A stretch of 64,000 nucleotides of DNA from an uncultured Staphylococcaceae bacterium (GTDB lineage Bacteria; Bacillota_I; Bacilli_A; RFN20; CAG-826), in NCBI GenBank assembly GCA_964392865.1, contig CAYMRJ010000001.1:7037-71036 (forward strand), read 5' to 3'. The translations under genes and the position numbers were made by a program. The notes below the pieces were generated by a model. The model was not told the origin of the DNA. It did not search any database and worked only from the letters and a program-made list of their open reading frames with translations. This document shows positions 8,002 through 16,716 of the stretch, piece by piece. Numbering within the stretch: the first letter of the stretch is position 1; each line of letters opens with the position of its first letter.

Positions 8002-8620
8002 AGGTCCAACATTCCTTTCCTTACAACTTGAGTATATAGAAAGTTAAAAGTTCGGTCTTTGATTACGCTCGGCGAGGATTTGGTGAAAGCGCCTTTGAAG
8101 GAGAATAAATGGCATAGTGAGATGAATTGATTGCTATCGAAATGCCATAAAATTCTTAGAGCCAATTTAACGGATTCTTGCCTTTAAAGACTGTCTGAAA
8201 CCAGATTTCTCCAACGAGGCAGTCTTCGATAACGAGTGGCCTTCATAGATAAAGTGCCGTGCCACTTAATCAAACAGTCCAGGACTATCCCTTCCATTCG
8301 TGGAGAAGCTTTCCATTCCAAAAAGATTTCCTTGTCGTATTTGGAAAAGGTAATTAAGGATCATTTATAGGTGTGTCTTTAAAGGAACTTTAATCCTATT
8401 TGTCCAATAGTATAGCCAGTGATGGATTCCATATCTGGTAACTGCTAGCCATGGGACTAGAAATTTATGGGGCCTTCATTACAAATGGCATTTCAAAACT
8501 GGCATGAGCTATGCCCAAGCGAGCTCCGGATGGCCGCCATTGTCGAGCCTCCAATTAGGTAAAGGGCAGCTTGCCTTTGGCCTAGCGAAGGACAACACCC
8601 CTACCGCCAGAACTGGAAGA

Positions 8621-8653
8621 TTTTAAAAAGCCGGCCTCTTCCGAAGACCGGCT
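8621..8653 (-). terminator. Intrinsic terminator after the CBS gene
   Basis: Stem AGCCGG...CCGGCT (8629-8653) with inner pairing, followed on the minus strand by TTTTTAAAA. Confidence 0.65.
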
Positions 8654-8680
8654 AAGGAATCTAATTCAACCCCTAAGCGT

Positions 8681-9115
8681 TTAGAGAGAATCGACGAGGC
8701 TGGAATTGATGGATTCAGCCAAGATAGCCTTAAGAACCTTGCGGCGGGTTACTAGGCCAATGAAGGTTCCGAGGTCATCGATGATAGGAACGAAGTTCTG
8801 CCCGATCGTGGCTATATACAATTCTTCTAGCGAGGTATCGATGCGTGCGGCCGCGACATCGCGGTGGCGTTTGATCTCGCTGATTCCGATTTTCTGGAAG
8901 TCGGCGTAGTTGAGCTTCTTGTCCTTGATGGTCCAAAGCAAGTCGCCTTCGGAAAGGGAGTAAAGGTATTTCCCGGTCTTCTTATCGAGGACGGGGATCG
9001 TGGCGTAGCGATGGTACTCCATCTTTTCCAACGCCTGGCGGACGGTGAAGTCGTCGAAAAGGTATTCGACCTCGGCCTTCGGGGTCAAAAGCGAAGCGAG
9101 ATTTGTCTTTTTCAT
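8681..9115 (-). CDS. CBS-domain pair protein (YkuL/CbpB-like architecture)
   Basis: ORF track 8681..9133 starts at a GTG. I prefer ATG 9115 (MKKTNLASLL...), which sits 8 nt after TACAAT. Two CBS repeats fill the whole protein. Confidence 0.85.
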   Translation of the reverse strand: MKKTNLASLLTPKAEVEYLFDDFTVRQALEKMEYHRYATIPVLDKKTGKYLYSLSEGDLLWTIKDKKLNYADFQKIGISEIKRHRDVAAARIDTSLEELYIATIGQNFVPIIDDLGTFIGLVTRRKVLKAILAESINSSLVDSL

Positions 9116-9123
9116 CGCGTTGA

Positions 9124-9129
9124 ATTGTA
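9124..9129 (-). promoter_or_regulatory. -10 hexamer TACAAT 8 nt upstream of the CBS ATG (leaderless-type)
   Basis: Minus strand reads gtgtTACAATtcaacgcgATGaaaaag. Confidence 0.45.
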
Positions 9130-9196
9130 ACACGGGCGCCCGCGCAAAATAAAACTTGCGAGAAGCAATTTAAAAACTCTTATAATTTAGGTATCG

Positions 9197-9211
9197 GTGT
9201 CCAAGAGACAC
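9197..9211 (+). promoter_or_regulatory. Inverted repeat GTGTC-N5-GACAC between TATAAT (9181-9186) and the TetR SD; candidate operator
   Basis: Seen directly. Its position between the -10 and the RBS is typical of autoregulated TetR genes. Only 5-bp arms. Confidence 0.35.
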
Positions 9212-9240
9212 TTTTAAATAGAATTTAAGGAGCGCCAATT

Positions 9241-9801
9241 ATGGCAAGAAGAACATTAAGGAACCTAGACGAACGGATCCTCAAAAAGACCGTCGCCTTC
9301 GGTGCCGCCAAGGGAGCAGCCCGCGTCAGCACCAAAAAGATCGCCAGTGTCCTAACGATCACTGAGCCGACCATCTACGTCCACTTCAAGACGAAGGTCA
9401 ACCTTCTCTATGAAGCCTACATCTACGCCGTCAAGGCCCTTTACACGGTCGAAGGCGAGACGATGAAGGAAAAGATCATCCAGATCCTCGATAACAGCCG
9501 CAACTATCCGGAAGCCGCCGCCTACATCTCGAGCTACCGCTTCTATGAAGACAACGGCATCGACGCCGAGCATCCGGATCCCATCCTCGAAGAGTGCCGC
9601 CGCACCATCGAAAACTACGATAACAAGACCGGCATCGACAAAGAGGACATCGCCCGCCTCTTGGCCGGCATCCTCACGAGCCTTTCGCTACTGGCTTCCC
9701 AGCCCACCAATTCCGGCCGCATCACCGACGAGTCGCTGAACTGGCTCCTCGTCTTCCTCGAAGCCGGCACCCACGCCGCCTTGGAAAAGGCCAACGGATG
9801 A
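9241..9801 (+). CDS. TetR/AcrR family transcriptional regulator
   Basis: N-terminal HTH (STKKIASVLTITEPTIYVHFKTKVNLL). AAGGAG lies 8 nt upstream of the ATG. Confidence 0.85.
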   Translation: MARRTLRNLDERILKKTVAFGAAKGAARVSTKKIASVLTITEPTIYVHFKTKVNLLYEAYIYAVKALYTVEGETMKEKIIQILDNSRNYPEAAAYISSYRFYEDNGIDAEHPDPILEECRRTIENYDNKTGIDKEDIARLLAGILTSLSLLASQPTNSGRITDESLNWLLVFLEAGTHAALEKANG

Positions 9802-10850
9802 AATTCGCCCTTCAGGGTCAAGACATCCAGAAGCTGAGGGTCCTTTTCGATTCCTTGGCCTGGAACATGGACGTCAGCGATTTCCTGAACGAAGAATTGC
9901 TTGGCGGGGCTCCTCTTGAGGAGGGGCCCTTTTTCGATTTCTTCGATTCGATCGAAGAGGGCCAAAGCAAAATCATTCCGGAGAAGCTGACCGGCTACGA
10001 GGAGCCGGGCCTCAAAGGCCATCTCCCGAAGGTCGAATGCTTCGATGTCGAACCCTTTGTGAATGACCCCGTCGGAAAGGCCTTGGGAAACCTTTCGGCT
10101 AATATCGGCGACTATGTCCTGAGCCAAAAGACCCTTCCGGCCTACCAGCCCTTCCTTTCTGGCGAAATCGTCGGAATTCCATCGCGGTTTTACGCCGAAA
10201 ACGCCCCGATCGGCTTCTTCAAAAGCGATTACGCATACCTCGATCTTTCCTACAAAGGCACGACTTGGATGAGCCTTTTGCCCCATGAAGTCATCACCAT
10301 GGGCAAAGCCATCGAAGGAGCCGAAGGCAAATGCCTGGTCTACGGGCTGGGCCTCGGCTACATGGCCGCCCTCCTCGCCCTTAAGGACGAGGTCACAGAG
10401 GTCACCGTAATCGAGAAGGAAAAGGCTGTCATCGATATATTCGAAGAGGCCATCAGACCCAAACTTTCAAATGTCGGGAAGATAAAAATCATCCAGGGAG
10501 ACGCTTTGGAATTCATAGCGCCCGAGGATACCGATTACCTCTTCATCGACCTCTGGCATAACGAAGAAGACGGTCTTCCTCTATATGCGGCCTTGGCCAA
10601 GAAGGAAAAAGGCCTAAAGCCCGTCTATTGGATCGAAGACTCCCTCATCACCTATTTCCGGCGCCTCGTCACCGAACTCTTGCTCGAAGAGATTGAAGAC
10701 GTGAACCCCATCGAAGACGAAGGGCACTATGCCCCGCTCTTCAAGTCCTTGAAGGAAACCCTCAAGGACAAGACATTCAAAACTTATTCCGAAATCGAGG
10801 CCTTCCTCTCAGACGAAAGCCTCAAAGCCCTTATTCGGTCTCTGCGCTAG
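9798..10850 (+). CDS. Hypothetical protein with C-terminal class-I SAM-MTase / spermidine-synthase-like fold
   Basis: ATGA overlap with the tetR stop. Gly-rich loop LVYGLGLGYMA followed by an acidic strand VTVIEKE and IDLW. The roughly 170-aa N-terminal part is unassigned. Confidence 0.6.
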   Translation: MKFALQGQDIQKLRVLFDSLAWNMDVSDFLNEELLGGAPLEEGPFFDFFDSIEEGQSKIIPEKLTGYEEPGLKGHLPKVECFDVEPFVNDPVGKALGNLSANIGDYVLSQKTLPAYQPFLSGEIVGIPSRFYAENAPIGFFKSDYAYLDLSYKGTTWMSLLPHEVITMGKAIEGAEGKCLVYGLGLGYMAALLALKDEVTEVTVIEKEKAVIDIFEEAIRPKLSNVGKIKIIQGDALEFIAPEDTDYLFIDLWHNEEDGLPLYAALAKKEKGLKPVYWIEDSLITYFRRLVTELLLEEIEDVNPIEDEGHYAPLFKSLKETLKDKTFKTYSEIEAFLSDESLKALIRSLR

Positions 10851-11598
10851 GTTCCGGAATCGGGAATAGCTCGAGATCGCTCGGGTAGGTTTTCCTATAC
10901 GACGAATTGGAGAAGGTGGCCATGAACGAGTCTTCCCCATAGGTGGCTTCGATGCTGGTCGGGAATTCGGCCTCGTAGCTGAAGTCGTATGAAAGTTCGC
11001 TATTGCCGATCAGATAGGAGAAAGCCCCGACGATGTTCCCTTCCTCGCGGCTGAAGAAGGAATAAGAGGAACCGCTGCTTGATTCGATGAGCTGCATGGC
11101 GGAAAGGACCTGAGTGGTAGCGGAGGCCACAGCTTCATTGAAAGTCGCGGCCAGTTCCCGGATGTAGGCATAGACAGCGCTAGCCGTCAATTCCTCGTAG
11201 AGGCTGGCCGTATAGATGTAGTCGCCCGATCCGTAGCAATGGAGTTCGTAGCCATATCCCTCGGAGATGTAATACCAGTATTCGTTGAGGTAGTAGCTCG
11301 CCTCGGCTTCTTCTTCGATTGAGACCCCGTCCTCATCCTCCGGATCCTCTTCGTAGGTAACCGCCTTCTGGTGGTAGTACATCCCGTCGACCGAGAAATT
11401 GATCTCGAAGGAATATAGTTCGGTGGTATAGAAATAACGGCCGGTTTCGTAATCGTTATCGGAGATAGCCTCGGAGATGGCGAGGTTGATGCGGCTAAGG
11501 GAAGTCAAAGCCTCACCGAGGCTAAGGTCATATCCCCTGGAGCAGGAAGCAACGAAGGGGATTATGGCGAGTAGCAACGCTTTCCTAGGAAGATGCAT
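10831..11598 (-). CDS. Lipoprotein, Tyr/Glu/Ser-rich, unknown function
   Basis: Lipobox FVASC. AAAGGAGGA upstream. The start overlaps the copA 3' end by 14 nt. Confidence 0.8.
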   Translation of the reverse strand: MHLPRKALLLAIIPFVASCSRGYDLSLGEALTSLSRINLAISEAISDNDYETGRYFYTTELYSFEINFSVDGMYYHQKAVTYEEDPEDEDGVSIEEEAEASYYLNEYWYYISEGYGYELHCYGSGDYIYTASLYEELTASAVYAYIRELAATFNEAVASATTQVLSAMQLIESSSGSSYSFFSREEGNIVGAFSYLIGNSELSYDFSYEAEFPTSIEATYGEDSFMATFSNSSYRKTYPSDLELFPIPEPSAETE

Positions 11599-13852
11599 GG
11601 CCTTGAGTATCCTCCTTTATAGAGAGTCCTTCAAGGCGCACGGCCTTGATGCGGAGGGCGTTGAGGATGACGAAGAGGGAGCTTAGGGCCATGGCCAGGG
11701 CCGCCCACATCGGGTCTAGCGTTACCCCAAGCGAAGAAAAAGCCCCGGCGGCGATCGGAATCAAAGCGATGTTGTAGATGAAGGCCCAGAAGAGATTCAT
11801 GAGGATGTTGTTGCGGACTTTCTTCGACAAGGAATAGGCGGTAAGAAGGCTTTCGATGCTGCCGTCCCTAAGAAGGATGTCGCTGCTATCGGTAGCAAGC
11901 TCGGTTCCGGTCCCGATGGCGATCCCAACATCGGCGGCCTTCAAGGCCGGAGCGTCGTTGACCCCGTCTCCGCACATGGCAACAATGGCTTCCTTCTTCC
12001 CTTGCCGACCCTCTTCTTTAAGGAGTTTGACTATCTCTTCTTTGTCTTTGGGCTTAACCTCACTGTAGTAACGCTTGATGCCCAGCGCTTCGGCCAAGGC
12101 CTTCACGCGAGGAGCGGAATCGCCGCTCGCCAAAACGACTTCGACGCCCGAAGCCTGAAGCCTTTCAATAGCTTCCTTCACTCCGTCCTTGAGGGTATCT
12201 TCGGCCGCGAAGTAGCCCGCGATTTTCTTTCCGATCGCGGCATAAGTGACCAATAGACCCTCTTCTTCCAGGGCCTTGGCTTCTATTGGCAGATCCTTGA
12301 TGCCCGCTTCTTTCATGAGGGAAGCATTCCCGACATAAACGGCTTTTCTCCCGACGTGGCCCTTGATGCCGGCGCCCGGGATATTTTCGAAATCCTTGAC
12401 CGGCTCTTTCTTGCACCCCTTCTTCTCGAGATAGAGGGCGATGGACCAGGCCAGCGGATGTTCGCTAAGGGATTCGAGCCCATAGACGATGTCCAAGTCT
12501 TCTTTTTTGAATCCGACTTCCTTGACGATTTCCAAGTGCCCGGATGTCAGGGTTCCCGTCTTATCGATAACCAAATACTTGGCCTTGGCAAAGGTCTCGA
12601 AGGCCTTGGCATCCTTATAAAGGATTCCTTCTTTGGAGCCGCGGCCCGCCCCGACCATGACGGCAACCGGAGTAGCCAATCCCAAGGCGCAGGGACAGGC
12701 CACGACCAATGTTGCGACGGCGTAGGTCAATGCCGTTTCGGCATCGGCCCCAACGGCGAACCAAACGACAAGAACTATCGCCGCGATCAAAATGATCGCC
12801 GGCACGAACCAAGCGCTGATGGTGTCGGCCAAGGCCGAAAGCTTTCCCTTGCTGGCCGCGGCCTCTTCGACCATCTTGGCGACCTTGGATAGATTGGTAT
12901 CTTCCCCGATGGCCTCGACCTTGGCTTTAAAGCTTCCGGTCAGGTTCATGGAGCCGCCCAAGACCTTATCCCCGACGCTTTTGTATACCGGGGCCGATTC
13001 GCCTGTAAGAGCGGCCTCTTCGATATTCCCATAGCCCTCGACAATGAGGGCATCGGCCGGGATCTTAGCCCCGGGTTTCACAAGGACCAAATCACCGACG
13101 CTCAAGGCATTTGCTTCGACTTCCTCTTGATCATCCCCGTTTAAGAGAATCGCCTTTTCAGGCATGAGAGCAAGAAGCGATTCGAGGCTGGAGGTCGACT
13201 GCGATTTGGCGATGGCTTCGAGCAATTTCCCAAGGCTCACGAAGAAGAGGATCATGGCCGCCGAATCGAAGTAGGTATGGGGATAGTGTTCCCCGTGCGC
13301 GCCCATTCCTCCGCCCATCAAGTAGGAAATATAGACATAGAGGCTATAGCCAAAGGATATGAGGGATCCGAGGCTCACGAGGCTCAGCATGTCGGGCTTC
13401 AAAGTGAACAAGCCTTTAAGGCCGCGATAGAAATAATCCAGGTAGAGGAGGATGCATAAGGCAGCCGATCCCAAAGCGATCGCTTGGTTGACGTCATAGG
13501 CCCAAGGACTTGGAGCCCCCATCATTTCGGCCATGCCGAAATACATGGAAATCACGCAAAGAACAAAAGCCGCAATTACGCGGTAAAGTTGCAAAAGAAT
13601 GCCTTTTTTGCGGGCTTTTCTCTTTTGGGAAATGGTTTCGCCGACATCGAGCGAGCACCCGTATCCCGCCGCCTCGACGGCCTCGATGACGACTTCGTCA
13701 TTGCTTTTTCCTTCGAAAGTGACGATGGCCGAATTGGTCAAAAGATTGACCTCGGCCATAGCGACCCCTTCGGCCTTGCCGATGGCCTTTTCGACCCGCG
13801 CCACGCAGGCGGCGCAGAACATGCCGGAGATGTGGTACTTCCTTTTCTCCAT
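11585..13852 (-). CDS. copA: Copper-translocating P1B-type ATPase
   Basis: N-terminal HMA domain GMFCAACV. TM CPC motif ACPCALGLATP. DKTGTLT, GDGVNDAP. Confidence 0.95.
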   Translation of the reverse strand: MEKRKYHISGMFCAACVARVEKAIGKAEGVAMAEVNLLTNSAIVTFEGKSNDEVVIEAVEAAGYGCSLDVGETISQKRKARKKGILLQLYRVIAAFVLCVISMYFGMAEMMGAPSPWAYDVNQAIALGSAALCILLYLDYFYRGLKGLFTLKPDMLSLVSLGSLISFGYSLYVYISYLMGGGMGAHGEHYPHTYFDSAAMILFFVSLGKLLEAIAKSQSTSSLESLLALMPEKAILLNGDDQEEVEANALSVGDLVLVKPGAKIPADALIVEGYGNIEEAALTGESAPVYKSVGDKVLGGSMNLTGSFKAKVEAIGEDTNLSKVAKMVEEAAASKGKLSALADTISAWFVPAIILIAAIVLVVWFAVGADAETALTYAVATLVVACPCALGLATPVAVMVGAGRGSKEGILYKDAKAFETFAKAKYLVIDKTGTLTSGHLEIVKEVGFKKEDLDIVYGLESLSEHPLAWSIALYLEKKGCKKEPVKDFENIPGAGIKGHVGRKAVYVGNASLMKEAGIKDLPIEAKALEEEGLLVTYAAIGKKIAGYFAAEDTLKDGVKEAIERLQASGVEVVLASGDSAPRVKALAEALGIKRYYSEVKPKDKEEIVKLLKEEGRQGKKEAIVAMCGDGVNDAPALKAADVGIAIGTGTELATDSSDILLRDGSIESLLTAYSLSKKVRNNILMNLFWAFIYNIALIPIAAGAFSSLGVTLDPMWAALAMALSSLFVILNALRIKAVRLEGLSIKEDTQGHASS

Positions 13853-13859
13853 CGCCTTA

Positions 13860-13865
13860 AGTCTA
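13860..13865 (-). promoter_or_regulatory. -10 hexamer TAGACT 7 nt upstream of the copA ATG, with TTCAAA 17 nt further upstream (leaderless-type)
   Basis: Minus strand reads TTCAAAggctaggctaagccgacTAGACTtaaggcgATG. Confidence 0.45.
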
Positions 13866-13910
13866 GTCGGCTTAGCCTAGCCTTTGAAACAATTTGCTAA
13901 AGCAAAGCCC

Positions 13911-14519
13911 TTACTTCTTAAGGAGCGAATCCTTCTTTGTCAAAGGCCTTATGACCCGGCAGGGATTGCCGGCGGCAAGGCTATTGGGCGGGATATCCCT
14001 CGTTACGACGGAGCCCGCTCCGATGACCGAGCCTTTGCCGATCGTGACGCCGCCGATGACGGTCACACCTGTTGCCAGCCATACGCCGTCTTCGATGACG
14101 ATGGGCTTGGCGTATTCGAGGTCGCTCATATTCCCCGCGGCGTTCCTGAATGACTTCCTTTCTTCGCTTAGGAAAGGATGGACCGGCGTTACCAAACTAA
14201 CGCCGGTGCCCATGAAGACGTCGTTCCCGATCTTCACGTCGGCGCAGTCCAAGATGACAAGATTGAAATTGGCGTAGCAATTGTCGCCGAAGGTCGTATT
14301 GATGCCGTAATCGAATTGGATCGGCCCTTGGAGGAAGAGGTTCTTCCCTTGGTTCGGGATTATTTGCCTGAGGATCTTCGCCCCCTTCTTCGGGTTCTTC
14401 AAAGCCACCTGATTGTACTTCTGGCAAAGCTTCCGGCAGCGGAGGGCGAAGGGATGGGTGCTCCCGTCGAGGTTGGGGTCATAAAGGAGACCGGCCTTCA
14501 TCTTCTCGAATTCCGTCAT
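13911..14519 (-). CDS. Maltose/galactoside O-acetyltransferase (hexapeptide-repeat)
   Basis: N-terminal Mac domain (MKAGLLYDPN). Left-handed beta-helix hexapeptide repeats. AAGGAGGGG SD. Confidence 0.9.
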   Translation of the reverse strand: MTEFEKMKAGLLYDPNLDGSTHPFALRCRKLCQKYNQVALKNPKKGAKILRQIIPNQGKNLFLQGPIQFDYGINTTFGDNCYANFNLVILDCADVKIGNDVFMGTGVSLVTPVHPFLSEERKSFRNAAGNMSDLEYAKPIVIEDGVWLATGVTVIGGVTIGKGSVIGAGSVVTRDIPPNSLAAGNPCRVIRPLTKKDSLLKK

Positions 14520-14538
14520 CTTCTCCCCTCCTTATGAA

Positions 14539-15507
14539 TCAAGAGCAAAAGGCTTTGTAGGCCAAGAGGGTCTTGGGATCGACTTTGGGGATGTAGCGGA
14601 GGCTTTCGCTGACCGCATACATGGCGTTCACGCTTACCTCTCCGCTAAGGGAAGGAACGGTGAAATAGAGGATGATGAGCAAAATGCCGAGGGCAATGCG
14701 GTAGATGCCGAAGCCGATGAAGGTGTGGCGCCTCACGAAGCGGGTGAGCCAGCTCACGGCCAAAAGGCTCACGAGGAAGGCAACGGCGCAGCCGATGGCG
14801 ATATAGCCCCACTGGGCCCCGCTGATGGAAACGCCTTCGATGGCGATGATCTTGACGCCTTTGACCAAGGAAGCCCCGGCCATCACGGGAATCGAAACGT
14901 AGAAGGAGAACTTGGCCGAGGTCTCGCGGTTAACGCCGATGAGCAGGGCGGCGATGATGGTGACGCCGGAGCGCGATGTCCCGGGGATCAAAGCCAAGAC
15001 CTGGGCGGCCCCGATGATCAAAGCCGTCTTCCAAGTGAAGTCCTTGAGGGAATTTATCTTCGGCTCCTTCCCCGTTTTCCTAAGCCACAGCTCCACGAGG
15101 ATGAAGGCGGCGCCGTAGACGATGAGGGTGATGGAGACGGTGATGAAGTTGTAGAGATAGCTATCGAGGAAATCGTCGAGCAAAAGGCCCAAGATAGCGG
15201 CCGGGACGCAGGCGATGAGGATATATAGCCAGGTCCAATAGATCTCTTTCCTTTCTTCCTTGCTCTTCTTCCTTTGCCAAGGCCAGAGTTCCTTGAAGAA
15301 GACGACCACGACGGCCAAGACGGCGAAAAGCTGGATGATGACGAGGAAGAATTCCCAGACCTCGGCCCCGTTTTCGCCCAAGGAGGTTTCGATATCCAAA
15401 AGGGATTCGAGGACGATCAAATGGCCGGTCGAGGAAACCGGAAGCCATTCGGTAATCCCCTCGACGATGGCGAGGAGGATGATCTTCAGTACGGTTAGGA
15501 AGTCCAT
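14539..15507 (-). CDS. uppP: Undecaprenyl-diphosphate phosphatase
   Basis: EGITEWLPVSSTGHL and PGTSRSG motifs of the BacA/UppP family. Has an inserted Lys/Glu-rich loop. Confidence 0.9.
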   Translation of the reverse strand: MDFLTVLKIILLAIVEGITEWLPVSSTGHLIVLESLLDIETSLGENGAEVWEFFLVIIQLFAVLAVVVVFFKELWPWQRKKSKEERKEIYWTWLYILIACVPAAILGLLLDDFLDSYLYNFITVSITLIVYGAAFILVELWLRKTGKEPKINSLKDFTWKTALIIGAAQVLALIPGTSRSGVTIIAALLIGVNRETSAKFSFYVSIPVMAGASLVKGVKIIAIEGVSISGAQWGYIAIGCAVAFLVSLLAVSWLTRFVRRHTFIGFGIYRIALGILLIILYFTVPSLSGEVSVNAMYAVSESLRYIPKVDPKTLLAYKAFCS

Positions 15508-15549
15508 GGCCTAGGCCTACGGGCGCTATTCTATGACGGCCGGGCCGAT

Positions 15550-15574
15550 TAAAAAAGAGGGGCAAAAGCCCCTC
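15550..15574 (-). terminator. Intrinsic terminator after the glycosyltransferase gene
   Basis: GAGGGGC-tttt-GCCCCTC followed by TTTTTTA on the minus strand. Confidence 0.7.
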
Positions 15575-15593
15575 CCGATAAATGGAGCAAAAC

Positions 15594-16634
15594 CTATTTT
15601 CCGTGCTTTTCGGGATACTTCTCGTAGACCCGGCGGTAGTACTCGCCCCAAAGGGCTTTGACGTGGGGCGCGCTATAGTAGTCGCGGATTTCCTTCGATT
15701 GCCGGACGCCTTGCTCATAGAACTCCTTATCGTCCTTGAAGCGCTTGATGAGTTCGCTGAACTCTTCGTTGCTCTTCCCGACCGTATAGGGGCTTAGGAA
15801 GATGTCCTTATAAAGATCGAGATCCCTGACCAAGAAGGGCTTTTCGGCGTTGATGCATTCGAGAAGCGTCATCGGGAAAAGCTCCTGATATGAAGGAAGG
15901 AAGAGGAGGTCGCAGAGATTGTAGACCTCGTTCATCTTTTTCCTGGGGATGATGCCGAGGAATTTCAGATTGGCGGGAGGATTGTCCATGAGGGCTTTGA
16001 TTTCCTGATAGCCCGAAGTGATCTTCCCGAAGGAAAAGCCGCCGGCCCAGACAAAGGAAATATCCGGATTGGCCTTGGCCACTTCGGCGAAATCCAAGAC
16101 CCCTTTGCGGGTCTGGGTCTGCCCGACCCCGAGGACGGTGAATTTATCGAGAGGAAGGCCATATTCCTTCTTCGTCTTCTCGGCCGCTTCCTTGCCTAGA
16201 GGCTTCCAGTCCTCGGCGCTAACGTAGTTCGGGATATAGGTAATCCTGTCTCTCGGAATGCCGATCTTTTCTAAGTCAGGGATGTAATAGGGATTCACGA
16301 CCACGACTTCGTCGGCCTTGTGGTAGAACTTCAGGACATACCACTTGTAAGGGCCGAACATGAAGCCCGGCATCTTAAGGGAACCGTCGTCCTTATCGGG
16401 AATGAAATGGACGTAGCAGACGTTGATCTTCTTCTTTCTGAACTTGAAGAAGAAAGTCGGATTGACGGTATGGAAATGGTTGATGTCGTACTTCTTCGGG
16501 TTGCGCCCGTTGATTGTGACATCAAGGGAATCGATCTGCTTGGCGAGCGCCACCTGCTCGAAGAAATTGGCGCCGACCCCTTGGCCCTCGATCTTGAGGC
16601 CGCCGGCGTACATGTTGACCTTTAGCTTATCCAT
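15594..16634 (-). CDS. Glycosyltransferase family 4 (GT-B), glycolipid-synthase-like
   Basis: C-terminal EX7E-type motif (SYQELFPMTLLECINAEKP). TAAAAT lies 7 nt upstream of the ATG. Confidence 0.8.
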   Translation of the reverse strand: MDKLKVNMYAGGLKIEGQGVGANFFEQVALAKQIDSLDVTINGRNPKKYDINHFHTVNPTFFFKFRKKKINVCYVHFIPDKDDGSLKMPGFMFGPYKWYVLKFYHKADEVVVVNPYYIPDLEKIGIPRDRITYIPNYVSAEDWKPLGKEAAEKTKKEYGLPLDKFTVLGVGQTQTRKGVLDFAEVAKANPDISFVWAGGFSFGKITSGYQEIKALMDNPPANLKFLGIIPRKKMNEVYNLCDLLFLPSYQELFPMTLLECINAEKPFLVRDLDLYKDIFLSPYTVGKSNEEFSELIKRFKDDKEFYEQGVRQSKEIRDYYSAPHVKALWGEYYRRVYEKYPEKHGK

Positions 16635-16716
16635 CGGGCCAATTTTAGCCCGTTTGCCTTACTTAATGAACGCAGGCAAAACAAAACGAAGGGCGATTAA
16701 TGCCAAGCGATTAGTT

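Noticed and set aside
8045-8620. The low-GC island as RNase P RNA, tmRNA, SRP RNA, a T-box or a common riboswitch.
   Set aside because: I could not find the hallmark strings by eye on either strand. These include GAGGAAAGTCC for RNase P, a tRNA-like GGTTCGAATCC..CCA end with a tag ORF for tmRNA, the AGGTCCGGAAGGAAGCAGC-like helix 8 for SRP, and the T-box sequence. This check was by eye only and a covariance-model search is still needed.
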